Positions 9,896 to 18,163 are shown, numbered from the stretch's first letter. The stretch is DNA of 32,000 nucleotides from Desulfobulbus propionicus DSM 2032 (GCF_000186885.1 NC_014972.1:3300001-3332000); one strand, 5' to 3'. Notes: a model not told the origin generated them from the sequence alone. Translations and numbers: made by a program.

Positions 9896-9985
9896 ATGCA
9901 GAACCTGATCCTCCTCATCATTATAATCGGCTCCATCATCATCGGCCTGGCCATCGGCATCCGGATGAAAAACAAACGAAAATAA
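9896..9985 (+). CDS. Hypothetical 29-aa single-TM micropeptide (MQNLILLIIIIGSIIIGLAIGIRMKNKRK)
   Basis: Hand-translated ATG..TAA ORF, below the ORF-track size cut-off. It has a hydrophobic helix followed by a basic tail and mostly GC3-type codons like its neighbours. It sits in the gap directly upstream of the third kinase. Only a weak SD (GGAA). Confidence 0.3.
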   Translation: MQNLILLIIIIGSIIIGLAIGIRMKNKRK

Positions 9986-10052
9986 TGCCGGATTTCCTGT
10001 CGGTGTGCTTTGCCTGATCAGATGGAGCAACAGCATAGTCCCTCGACAAGAG

Positions 10053-11756
10053 ATGACCACCCGAACGTCCGAGAGGTCACCTGCCCTCAAATCTCAACCA
10101 CCGAGTACTGTTATGCGTGAAAAGCTCAAAGATTATCTTCGTTTGAAACGACTGCTTTCCGCCGGTTTTTTTACCAGCGGCATCATCCCCATTATCATCA
10201 TCGCTTCGGGTTCCATCTATAACTTCAAGCAATTGTCGATCAACGACATCGAGGTCACGGCCCGGCAGGTGGCGGAGCATCGTACCGATGTGATCAACAC
10301 CTTTCTCAACAGTCAGGTCAATTTCCTCTCCACGCTGATGAATCTTTATCCGCTGGATTATCTCGAGAATCAGGAGAACCTCAAAAACCTTTTCCTCGCC
10401 ATCTCCAAGGAGGGGCAGGAAGGAGCCATCGTCGACCTGCAGCTGATCGACACCAACGGCAAACAGCTCGCCTACGTCGGGCCCTATCAGGAGAAGGTGC
10501 AGGGCAAGGATTACAAGGATATCCCCTGGTTCAGCGAGGTATTGGTGCGCGGTACCTATGTCAGCGACGTGTTCAGCGGCTTCCGCAACTATCCCCACTT
10601 TGTCATCGCCCTCACCAATCCCCTCAAGACGTATGTACTCCGGGCGACCATTAACTCCGGCATCTTCAATTCGCTGCTCTACAGCGCGCAGATCGGTCCC
10701 AACGGCGATGCCTTCATCCTCAATTCCAACGGCGAATTCCAGACCCCGAGCCTGCAAAAAATGGATAAACTGAACGCCCTGGAGATCAAAATGCTCAAAC
10801 ACCACCCGGGGACGGAAATTTCCTCGGACGACGAATATCTCTACGCCAGCCAGTGGCTCAACGGCAACATGTGGCTGCTGGTCATCAAGACCAAGATCAC
10901 CGACTCCCTGGGCGTCTATTACAAGTACCGCAATCGCATCATCTTCATTGTCGCCGCCACCGCCGCCCTCTTTCTCTTCATCGCCAGCGGCATCAGCCGC
11001 TTCATCGTTGAACGGATGCAGCGGGCGGACCGGGAACAAACAGCGCTTGACCAGCAGATGGCCCATATTGAAAAAATGGCCAATATCGGCCGATTGGCCG
11101 CTGGCATCGCCCATGAAATCAACAACCCCCTGCAGTTGATCCAAATGCAGGCCGGCTGGATCGACGAATTGCTCCAGGAGGAAAACCCGGAACAGATCGC
11201 CAATCTGGATGAATACCGCCAATCGGTGGGCAAGATCAAACAACACGTCAATCGGGCCGGCACCATCACCCACCGCCTCCTTGGCTTTTCGCGCAAGATC
11301 AGTGCCGAATACGATGTGCAGATCAATGAGCTGATTCGGGAAACCATTTCCTTTCTGGAAAGCGAGGCCAACAGCAACAACATCACCCTCAATCTCCATT
11401 TTGACGACGCGCTGCCGGTGATCAGAACTGACGGTTCCCAGGTTCAGCAGGCCCTGCTGAACCTGATCGAGAACTCACTGGATGCGGTCGGTTCCGGCGG
11501 TCAAATCGACATCACCACCAGCCGCAGCCCCAAAGAGGTTTCCATACAAATCGCCGATAACGGTCCGGGCATCAAACCCGAGGTCCTGGCCAAGATCTGG
11601 GAACCGTTTTTCACCACCAAGGAACCCGGCAAGGGAACCGGACTGGGACTGTCGATCTGCAGCGACATCGCCCATAAACTCGGTGGGGAAATCATCGCCG
11701 AAAATCGGCCGCAGGGCGGCGCGCAGTTCACCCTCAAACTGCCCATTCGGGGCTGA
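10053..11756 (+). CDS. Sensor histidine kinase with periplasmic Cache-type domain (paralogue 3)
   Basis: Start is ambiguous: GTG 10005, ATG 10053 or ATG 10113. TM segments FFTSGIIPIIIIASGSIY and IIFIVAATAALFLFIASGI. Cache-like core YVSDVFSGFRNYPHFVIALTNP. H-box AAGIAHEINNPLQLI; [37 protein letters not shown]. Confidence 0.9.
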   Translation: MTTRTSERSPALKSQPPSTVMREKLKDYLRLKRLLSAGFFTSGIIPIIIIASGSIYNFKQLSINDIEVTARQVAEHRTDVINTFLNSQVNFLSTLMNLYPLDYLENQENLKNLFLAISKEGQEGAIVDLQLIDTNGKQLAYVGPYQEKVQGKDYKDIPWFSEVLVRGTYVSDVFSGFRNYPHFVIALTNPLKTYVLRATINSGIFNSLLYSAQIGPNGDAFILNSNGEFQTPSLQKMDKLNALEIKMLKHHPGTEISSDDEYLYASQWLNGNMWLLVIKTKITDSLGVYYKYRNRIIFIVAATAALFLFIASGISRFIVERMQRADREQTALDQQMAHIEKMANIGRLAAGIAHEINNPLQLIQMQAGWIDELLQEENPEQIANLDEYRQSVGKIKQHVNRAGTITHRLLGFSRKISAEYDVQINELIRETISFLESEANSNNITLNLHFDDALPVIRTDGSQVQQALLNLIENSLDAVGSGGQIDITTSRSPKEVSIQIADNGPGIKPEVLAKIWEPFFTTKEPGKGTGLGLSICSDIAHKLGGEIIAENRPQGGAQFTLKLPIRG

Positions 11757-11778
11757 ATCCCGGCGCTCCCACCTCTGA

Positions 11779-11828
11779 CCGGGGTGCGGGAAGGCTTCCA
11801 CTCCCACACCCCGGCCCTCACCGTTTTT
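11779..11828 (+). terminator. Candidate intrinsic terminator after the third kinase
   Basis: Perfect 8-bp GC-rich stem CCGGGGTG (11779-11786) / CACCCCGG (11807-11814), with a T5 run at 11823-11827. The 20-nt loop and the 8-nt gap before the T-run are both longer than ideal. Confidence 0.4.
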
Positions 11829-11857
11829 ACACACCCTCCTCAAATCCCATCCCACGC

Positions 11858-12035
11858 GTCACCAAATTTATACACAAGCAATATTCAATAAAAACAAAAT
11901 ATTGCACCAAATCCCGGATCGTTCGTCACCGTAATTATACACCTCTCCGTTGTTCGCTTCCTTCCCTGCTGGCCGCGCTTTGCCGGCATACCGTTGGCCA
12001 AACAGAGCAACCATTTGATTTTAAACATAAATCAA
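11858..12035. promoter_or_regulatory. AT-rich intergenic control region with nested repeats (DR-IR-DR plus a second IR)
   Basis: Direct repeats GTCACCaaattTATACAC (11858-11875) and GTCACCgtaatTATACAC (11925-11942). Between them is a perfect inverted repeat GCAATATT-N12-AATATTGC (11878-11905). A second inverted repeat TTGATTT-N7-AAATCAA lies at 12015-12035. All are upstream of the HTH gene at 12132. Confidence 0.45.
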
Positions 12036-12131
12036 TTTTATCTCGCCACGTATCTCTACCTGGCCTCCAATCTGCAATAGCAAGGGCAGCAGCAATCGTG
12101 TCCATCAGTCCTGCGGCGACAGGGAGAAGCC

Positions 12132-12683
12132 ATGACCAACGGAACCCGACCAGAACCCCATAACGATCTTGAATATCTTGATCTGGAACAGGCGGCAGTG
12201 ATCTGCTCTGTTTCGGATGAGCGATTCGGCAAGTGGATCGACAAGGGGGTCATTCCGGTGTTCGAGGTCAACGGCAAGAAGCTGATTCACTCCCATGACC
12301 TGATCCATCATCTCGTCCGTCACAACATTCCCATCCCCGACAGGCTGTTGCAGGGAAAAAACAGCAGGAAAATCCTGTTCGTCCTCACCGACGAGACCGT
12401 GCCCCACGCGGTGACCACCGAAGTCATCTGGGCGCTCTACAAATTGCGCAAGCGAACATCCTACATCTTTGATTTTGTCCGATTTGACAACAATATCGAA
12501 TTAAAGATCATCACCTTTTGTCCGGATGTGATCATCCTGTTGCAGGAAGATTCGACCAACCAAGGCCCAGAAACGACCATCCGCAAGATAGTCAACGGGT
12601 CAATCCCGCTCTTCACGTTGACCACCGACCGGAACATCGAGCTTGACACGTTTCTCAGCGAGTTAGCAGGAGGCCGACCGTGA
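12132..12683 (+). CDS. Helix-turn-helix (excisionase/MerR-like HTH_17-type) protein with degenerate receiver-like C-terminal domain
   Basis: 183 aa. N-terminus YLDLEQAAVICSVSDERFGKWIDKGVIPVFEVNGKKLIHSHDLIHHL resembles short HTH DNA-binding domains. The C-terminus has a beta-alpha pattern (KILFVLTDE .. PDVIILLQED .. IPLFTLTTD) like a receiver, but with Gln where the phospho-Asp would align. SD GGGAGAAG before the ATG. Confidence 0.55.
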   Translation: MTNGTRPEPHNDLEYLDLEQAAVICSVSDERFGKWIDKGVIPVFEVNGKKLIHSHDLIHHLVRHNIPIPDRLLQGKNSRKILFVLTDETVPHAVTTEVIWALYKLRKRTSYIFDFVRFDNNIELKIITFCPDVIILLQEDSTNQGPETTIRKIVNGSIPLFTLTTDRNIELDTFLSELAGGRP

Positions 12684-13079
12684 ACCAGCCTCCCGCACAC
12701 CGCCAGGCAAAGATCTCCGCCACGGAGAGAGCGGGGAGGCGTGCACGTTCCTCCCGCCTGGCTTCGCTGATGCATTGGATGCTGATGCGTGGTGCCACCA
12801 CGACAGGCAGATTCGGCACTGGTTGCGGGGACATCCCCCACCCCGCCGCCGTCCGCCCGGTCCGCCTGTACCATTGCACCGCGCATCATCATCCCCCTTG
12901 CTTTTTCTGCTCCCCCAAGGAGAGGAAAACGAGCATCTGTTCCCCCTTGATTGGCAACCGCGCGCACCGGCCGAACGAGCTCATCGGCCTTGCGCTCGAC
13001 ATTCAATCAACAACGGGCCGGGAGCCTCGCCCCTGCCCCTGGATAACCACAAACAACCCACTTCCACAGGAGAAAAGCC

Positions 13080-13508
13080 ATGTCACTGTATACCGTTCTG
13101 ATTGTTGACGACGAAGAGGAATTCCGTGAAATGACGGTCAAAAGACTGAGCAAACGCGATCTCGAATGTGACAGCGCCCCCGATGGTGACACTGCCCTGG
13201 AGATGATAACGAAGAAAAACTATGACGTTGTCCTGCTCGACGTCAAGATGCCGGGCAAGGACGGCATCGAAACCTTGCGCGAGATCAAGCGGATAACCCC
13301 GATGACCGAAGTGGTGATGCTGACCGGCCATGCCTCGGTGGAATCGGGCATCAATGGCATCAAGTACGGCGCGTTTGATTATTTGATGAAACCCATGGAA
13401 CTCGATCCGCTGTTTGAAAAACTCAATGCCGCCTACGAGCGGAAACGGGAACAGCAGGCCAAGATCGAAATGGCCCAGATCAAGAAAGACATGGCCCGTC
13501 CGTTCTGA
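13080..13508 (+). CDS. Single-domain response regulator (receiver only)
   Basis: 142 aa. VLIVDDEEEF, VVLLDVKMPGKDG, LTGHAS, GAFDYLMKP. SD AGGAGAA upstream. No output domain, only a short helical tail. Confidence 0.9.
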   Translation: MSLYTVLIVDDEEEFREMTVKRLSKRDLECDSAPDGDTALEMITKKNYDVVLLDVKMPGKDGIETLREIKRITPMTEVVMLTGHASVESGINGIKYGAFDYLMKPMELDPLFEKLNAAYERKREQQAKIEMAQIKKDMARPF

Positions 13509-13569
13509 ACGGCGGGCTTCGTATAAACCCAAAAAGCGCGTTTTTTATCGACAACCAAAGGAGAAAAAA

Positions 13570-14850
13570 ATGAAGTTTTTTCGTGATCTGAACCAATTCA
13601 TGGTGGCCGGGGCCAAGGCCCACGCCCGGTGGGAATTGGAAATGTCGAGCAACATCCTCAAAAGCCGCAAGCGGCTGCTGGTCCTGGGCCTGCTGCTCAT
13701 TCCCGTTTTCCTCGGCGGATACGCCTTTGCCGATGCCGTTGGCCAGGCCCTGCCCTCCTTTATCGGCGGCAAAACAGCCTATGGTCCTTCCCACTACACC
13801 AATCTCATCTTTGGCGCCTCGGTGCTGGTCGGCGTGTGCGCCGGTCTGATCACCGGCTGTATCGGTGCCGGCGGCGGCTTCATCATTGCCCCGGCCCTGA
13901 TGAGCGCCGGCGTCAAAGGTATCCTCGCGGTCGGTACCGACCTGTTCCACATCTTCGCCAAGGCGATCATGGGTTCGGTCCTGCACCGCAAGATGGGCAA
14001 CATCTCGGTATCGCTGGCCGTCACCTTCCTCATCGGCGCCATTGCCGGCTCGACCCTGGGCGGCTACATCAACCGCACCATCTATGACGCCAACCCGGTG
14101 CTGAGCGATATGTTCATCACCTCGATCTATGTCGTCATCCTGGGCTTCCTCGCCTTCTACGCGATGAGCGATTACCTCAAATCCCGCTCCAAGAAAGCGG
14201 TCATCGAGGAGGGTGCCACCAAGATCGCCGAAGAGATCCCCAACATGGGCAAACGGCTGCAGGCCATCAACATACCGCCGATGCTGACCTTCGACGAGAA
14301 CGTCACCCCCGGTGGCCGGCGGTTGTCGGCCATTTTCCTGGTCATCGCCGGTTTCATCGTCGGCATGGCAGCCTCCATCATGGGTGTCGGCGGCGGCTTC
14401 CTCACCTTCCCGATCTTTGTCTATGGTCTGGGCGTTTCCTCGATGACCACCGTCGGCACGGACATCTTCCAGATCGTGTTCACCGCCGGGTATGCCGCCA
14501 TCAGCCAGTACGCGGTGTACGGCTTCATCTTCTACACCCTGGCCATGGGCATGCTGCTCGGCTCGCTGATCGGTATCCAGATTGGCTCCATCGTCACCAA
14601 GGTCGTTCCCGGCACCACCATCCGCGGTTTCTACGCGATCACCGTTACCGCCGGTTTCCTTAACCGGGTCTGCGCCCTGCCGGAAAAACTGATGAAGATG
14701 GGCTACGTGCAATTGAGCAAGGAGTTCCTCAATATTGTCAACATGATCGGCAATATCGGCTTCTTCATCATCATCTCCACCTTCGCGGTGTGGGTCTTCT
14801 GGTGCTTTTTCACTAATCTCAAGGTCCTGAAATCAGGGGAGGCGCATTAA
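13570..14850 (+). CDS. TauE/SafE (DUF81) family anion permease, long form
   Basis: The ORF-track frame starts at 13414, but the ATG at 13570 follows AAAGGAGAAAAAA. There are two internal repeats with the family signature, GAGGGFIIAPALM and GVGGGFLTFPIFVY. Multiple TM segments and a central hydrophilic loop. Confidence 0.75.
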   Translation: MKFFRDLNQFMVAGAKAHARWELEMSSNILKSRKRLLVLGLLLIPVFLGGYAFADAVGQALPSFIGGKTAYGPSHYTNLIFGASVLVGVCAGLITGCIGAGGGFIIAPALMSAGVKGILAVGTDLFHIFAKAIMGSVLHRKMGNISVSLAVTFLIGAIAGSTLGGYINRTIYDANPVLSDMFITSIYVVILGFLAFYAMSDYLKSRSKKAVIEEGATKIAEEIPNMGKRLQAINIPPMLTFDENVTPGGRRLSAIFLVIAGFIVGMAASIMGVGGGFLTFPIFVYGLGVSSMTTVGTDIFQIVFTAGYAAISQYAVYGFIFYTLAMGMLLGSLIGIQIGSIVTKVVPGTTIRGFYAITVTAGFLNRVCALPEKLMKMGYVQLSKEFLNIVNMIGNIGFFIIISTFAVWVFWCFFTNLKVLKSGEAH

Positions 14851-14852
14851 TC

Positions 14853-15554
14853 ATGGCAACTTCAGCACAACTCAAGACCCGCGGGTTTCTCCTGCTGGCA
14901 TCGTTCTTCGCGATCCTGGTGGCTATTTTCATGCCGCTGTTTCCCGGAGCCCATGGCGAAAAGGTTAACGGCCTCGATTATCTCGACAATTTTTTCAACC
15001 AGCTGTCCAAGGGTTCCGCGTATTACATCCCGGAACAGATAACAAAAGCGGAACAATACAACGGTCAGCAGTTCACCACCTCGCTGAAGATGAAATCTCC
15101 GGAAGAGGCAGTCATCACCGCCAAGTTGTTCGCCGCCAATAGCATCACTGCGGTCGCAGAGGGTGACAAAGTCAAGGTCAGCGGCGATTTCGGCTCCATG
15201 ATTACCATCATGCTCAACGATGCCGATGCCATGTACAAGAACAACGGGCAGGCACTGGTCGAGAAATACGGGGTGGATGAACGCCAGACCATCTACTCCT
15301 GGTACCAGGCCCTGACCGCCATGGAGAAGGACATGACCAAGGCCGGTCAGTTCGCCCAGGCCAAGTTTGTCAAGAACTGCATGTCCAAGGCGGTCGAACC
15401 GGCTTACAACTATTACAAGGTGGAAGCCAAACCGGTGAAAGAGGAAATCTTCCTGCTCATCGCCGCCCTGGCCTTCTACGTCATCTACACCATGTGGTAC
15501 GGTTTCGGCCTGCTCTATCTGTTCGAAGGCGCGGGCATCAAGCTTGAGCATTGA
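14853..15554 (+). CDS. Hypothetical membrane protein: N- and C-terminal TM helices flanking a ~170 aa soluble domain
   Basis: 233 aa. Its ATG lies 2 nt after the TauE stop, suggesting translational coupling. TM1 FLLLASFFAILVAIFMPLF, TM2 IFLLIAALAFYVIYTMWYGFGLLYLF. I recognise no family. Confidence 0.6.
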   Translation: MATSAQLKTRGFLLLASFFAILVAIFMPLFPGAHGEKVNGLDYLDNFFNQLSKGSAYYIPEQITKAEQYNGQQFTTSLKMKSPEEAVITAKLFAANSITAVAEGDKVKVSGDFGSMITIMLNDADAMYKNNGQALVEKYGVDERQTIYSWYQALTAMEKDMTKAGQFAQAKFVKNCMSKAVEPAYNYYKVEAKPVKEEIFLLIAALAFYVIYTMWYGFGLLYLFEGAGIKLEH

Positions 15555-15577
15555 TTGCCTGAGCGATCCATGACGAC

Positions 15578-15619
15578 AAAGGCTGCGGGAGGAAACGCTT
15601 TCCACCGCAGCCTTTTTTA
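15578..15619 (+). terminator. Strong Rho-independent terminator
   Basis: Perfect stem AAAGGCTGCGG (15578-15588) / CCGCAGCCTTT (15605-15615) with a 16-nt loop, running into T6 (15613-15618). It ends 10 nt before the ATG of the next gene. Confidence 0.8.
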
Positions 15620-15628
15620 TTCTCCGCC

Positions 15629-18163
15629 ATGACGATTGTTGACCGATTTTTCTCCATAGTGCGTCGCTTCCGCCGTGGCTCAGCCACCTCGCCTCGGCTG
15701 AGTCCGGAAGAACTGCACCGGTTGTTTCTTTCCCGCTACCGCTCTTTCCGCGAGCTCCTCGTCGCCAATGCCAATGCCCTGGAAGCCATGGCGGAAATGG
15801 AAAAGGTCCTCCGCGACGGCCGCACCCTGTCCATGACCTTTATTCGTGCCCGCTGTACCCTGGTGACGGTCAATGTCTACAAAATAATTCATAACCTCAA
15901 AAAGATAGCCGACGGACGCTACGGCGAACTCGATCGTGTGTTCCTGCGTTTGCAGCAACACATCGAAACCCTGCTGGAAGGAAATAGGGGCCGCGCCAAG
16001 GGGGAACTCATGCTGCCCTTGGACAGGATCGACCGCACCCAGGCGGATTTGACTGGCGAGAAAATGGCCAATCTGGGGGAAATCGGGTCGCTCCCAGGCA
16101 TCCGCATCCCTCCCGGCTTCGCCCTGACCGTCGTGGCATCCCGGCTCTTCTTCCAGCGCAACCAGCTCTATCCCAAGATCAATCACATCATCCAGCAAAT
16201 GGATATCGCCGATCTCGAGGATTTGGACCGGAAAAGCACAACCATTCAGGAGATGATCCGTGCCTGCCCCCTGCCCCCAGAGGTGGAGACCTTGCTCCTG
16301 GAGGGATTTGACCGCTTGGCCACGCCCAATCCGCGCCTGCGCCTGGCCGTCCGCTCCAGTGCCCTGGGAGAGGATCTGGGGCAGGCTTCCTTTGCCGGCC
16401 TCTACCACACCGAGCTTTCAGTGGACCGAGATGCCCTGGTGGCTGCCTACAAATCGGTTTTGGCCTCGAAGTATTCCTCTCGGGCCATTTCCTACCGGCT
16501 GGCCAAAGGGTTCATCCATGAGGAAACCGAAATGTGCGTCGGCTGTCTGGCCATGGTGGAGGCCGTGACCAGCGGCATCTGTTACACTCGCTCCATCGGC
16601 GGTCGCGGCAACACCTTAGACCTGTTTGCCGCCCCAGGTGCCGGCAAGGGCATTGTCGAGGGGACCTGTCCCACCCGCCATTTCCGGCTCGACCGTACCC
16701 CTCCCTATGCGCTTTGCTTGCCCGGAGAGGCGGGCAACGGTTTGCTGACCGAAGCCCAGGCCGTGGCCCTGGCTGATATCGGCATGCGGCTGGAACGCCA
16801 TTTCGGCGCACCGCAGGACATTGAGTGGTCCATCGACGCGACGGGGACCATCTTTGTCCTCCAGAGCCGGCCGATCTCCGTTCCCTCCTTCGATACCGCA
16901 ACCGCCAGCCGGCAGTTGCCCGATGACGAACAGCTGCTGCTCCACGGTGGCGTGACCGGCTGCGGCGGCAGCGGCAGCGGCCCGGTGTTCATTGTCCGCT
17001 CACCGGCGGACATGCATCAGTTTCCCAAACGGGCTGTCCTTGTGATCAAGCACCCCTTGCCCGAATGGGCCCCGCTGCTCAAGCGTGCCGTGGCCCTCGT
17101 GGCCGAGACCGGAAGCGAGGCCGGCCATCTGGCCACCATTTCCCGTGAATTCGGTCTGCCGTCCCTGCTCGCGCTACCGGGGGCCACGGAAAAGCTGGTC
17201 AACGGCCAAATCGTCACCGTGGATGCAGGCAACCGGGCGGTCTATCGGGGCCGCATCGAGGAACTGCTGGTGGAGACCGTTGCACGCCCCAACCCCATGG
17301 CGGGCAGCCCGATTCAGCGAACGTTGATCGAGGTCCTCAAGCTGATCACGCCGCTCAACCTGACCGACCCGGCTGCCGATGACTTCCATGCCGCCAACTG
17401 CCGGACCCTGCATGACATCACCCGATTCTGCCATGAGAAATCGGTGATCGAAATGTTCGAGTTCGGCAGACGGTATCACTTCGACAAAGGGGCCGCCAAA
17501 CGACTGGGCGACACCCTCCCCCTGGAGTGGTGGGTGATCGATCTCGGCGGGGGATTCCATCCTGGGTATGATATCCACCGGAAGGAGATCGCCATCACCG
17601 ACATTGCCTCGGCTCCCATGCTGGCGATCTGGGAGGGAATGCATGCCGTGGCCTGGGAGGGACCGCCGGCGGCCCGATTCCGGACCATGGTTTCCTTCCT
17701 GATGCAATCAGCCATGAACAACGGCCTCAATCCAGGCCGCTCTTCCGCCCTACGGGAGAAGAATTATTTTCTTATTTCGAAAAATTATTGTAATCTCAGC
17801 GTGCGTCTGGGATATCACTACGCCATGATCGAGGCAATGCTGGGTGATCGGCCGGTTGACCGCTACATCACCTTTCGTTTCAAAGGCGGAGCGGCCAGCG
17901 ATGAGCAACGAATTCGGCGGATTGAATTGCTGGCCGAGGTGTTGGAAACATTTGACTACCGGATTGACAGAATCGGCGATGCCTTAACCGCCCGGGTGGA
18001 ACGGGAGAGCGAACGCTTCGTTATCGACCGGCTCAAGGTGCTCGGGCATCTCACCGTCCACACCCGTCAGTTGGACATGGTCATGGCTGACCCCGGCGCC
18101 CAGCGGTTCTTCCGCGACAAATTCATTCAAGAGATTGGGGATATGTTGAATCATGGCCAGTGA
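15629..18163 (+). CDS. PEP synthase/PPDK-like dikinase-family protein (paralogue C)
   Basis: 844 aa. The N-terminal helical region LHRLFLSRYRSFRELLVANANALEAMAEMEKVL aligns with A and B. Motifs TGEKMANLGEI, LAVRSSALGEDLGQASFAGLY, PQDIEWSIDATGTIFVLQSRP. Mobile domain TGSEAGHLATISREFGLPSL (His codon 17126-17128). The C-terminal domain is shared with A and B. Confidence 0.8.
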   Translation: MTIVDRFFSIVRRFRRGSATSPRLSPEELHRLFLSRYRSFRELLVANANALEAMAEMEKVLRDGRTLSMTFIRARCTLVTVNVYKIIHNLKKIADGRYGELDRVFLRLQQHIETLLEGNRGRAKGELMLPLDRIDRTQADLTGEKMANLGEIGSLPGIRIPPGFALTVVASRLFFQRNQLYPKINHIIQQMDIADLEDLDRKSTTIQEMIRACPLPPEVETLLLEGFDRLATPNPRLRLAVRSSALGEDLGQASFAGLYHTELSVDRDALVAAYKSVLASKYSSRAISYRLAKGFIHEETEMCVGCLAMVEAVTSGICYTRSIGGRGNTLDLFAAPGAGKGIVEGTCPTRHFRLDRTPPYALCLPGEAGNGLLTEAQAVALADIGMRLERHFGAPQDIEWSIDATGTIFVLQSRPISVPSFDTATASRQLPDDEQLLLHGGVTGCGGSGSGPVFIVRSPADMHQFPKRAVLVIKHPLPEWAPLLKRAVALVAETGSEAGHLATISREFGLPSLLALPGATEKLVNGQIVTVDAGNRAVYRGRIEELLVETVARPNPMAGSPIQRTLIEVLKLITPLNLTDPAADDFHAANCRTLHDITRFCHEKSVIEMFEFGRRYHFDKGAAKRLGDTLPLEWWVIDLGGGFHPGYDIHRKEIAITDIASAPMLAIWEGMHAVAWEGPPAARFRTMVSFLMQSAMNNGLNPGRSSALREKNYFLISKNYCNLSVRLGYHYAMIEAMLGDRPVDRYITFRFKGGAASDEQRIRRIELLAEVLETFDYRIDRIGDALTARVERESERFVIDRLKVLGHLTVHTRQLDMVMADPGAQRFFRDKFIQEIGDMLNHGQ

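Noticed and set aside
10077-11399. 440-aa ORF on the minus strand (similar long antisense ORFs lie at 2079-3074, 8725-9834, 13480-14712, 27627-29000 and 15680-16408)
   Set aside because: All are antisense to genes with clear family signatures. All have low-complexity, acidic/Gly/His-rich composition, so they are GC-driven shadow ORFs.
11994-12008. Sigma-54-like element TGGCCAaacagAGCA upstream of the HTH gene (similar near-matches lie at about 12815-12830 and 27583-27596)
   Set aside because: The GG-to-GC spacing is off by 1-3 nt relative to TGGCAC-N5-TTGC. No enhancer-binding (AAA+) regulator is encoded in the window.
12680-13108. 142-aa and 108-aa plus-strand ORFs in the HTH-REC spacer
   Set aside because: They have Arg/Pro/His/Thr-rich composition with no motif or SD, and they run into the well-supported receiver gene start. 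I treated the region as non-coding; see the finding on the 396-bp gap.
13530-13545. A5-GCGCG-T6 palindrome between the receiver gene and the TauE gene, as a possible terminator
   Set aside because: The stem would be almost entirely A-U with a tiny GC core. It sits 25 nt before the next gene's SD. That is not convincing for a terminator, though it might be a weak pause or attenuator.
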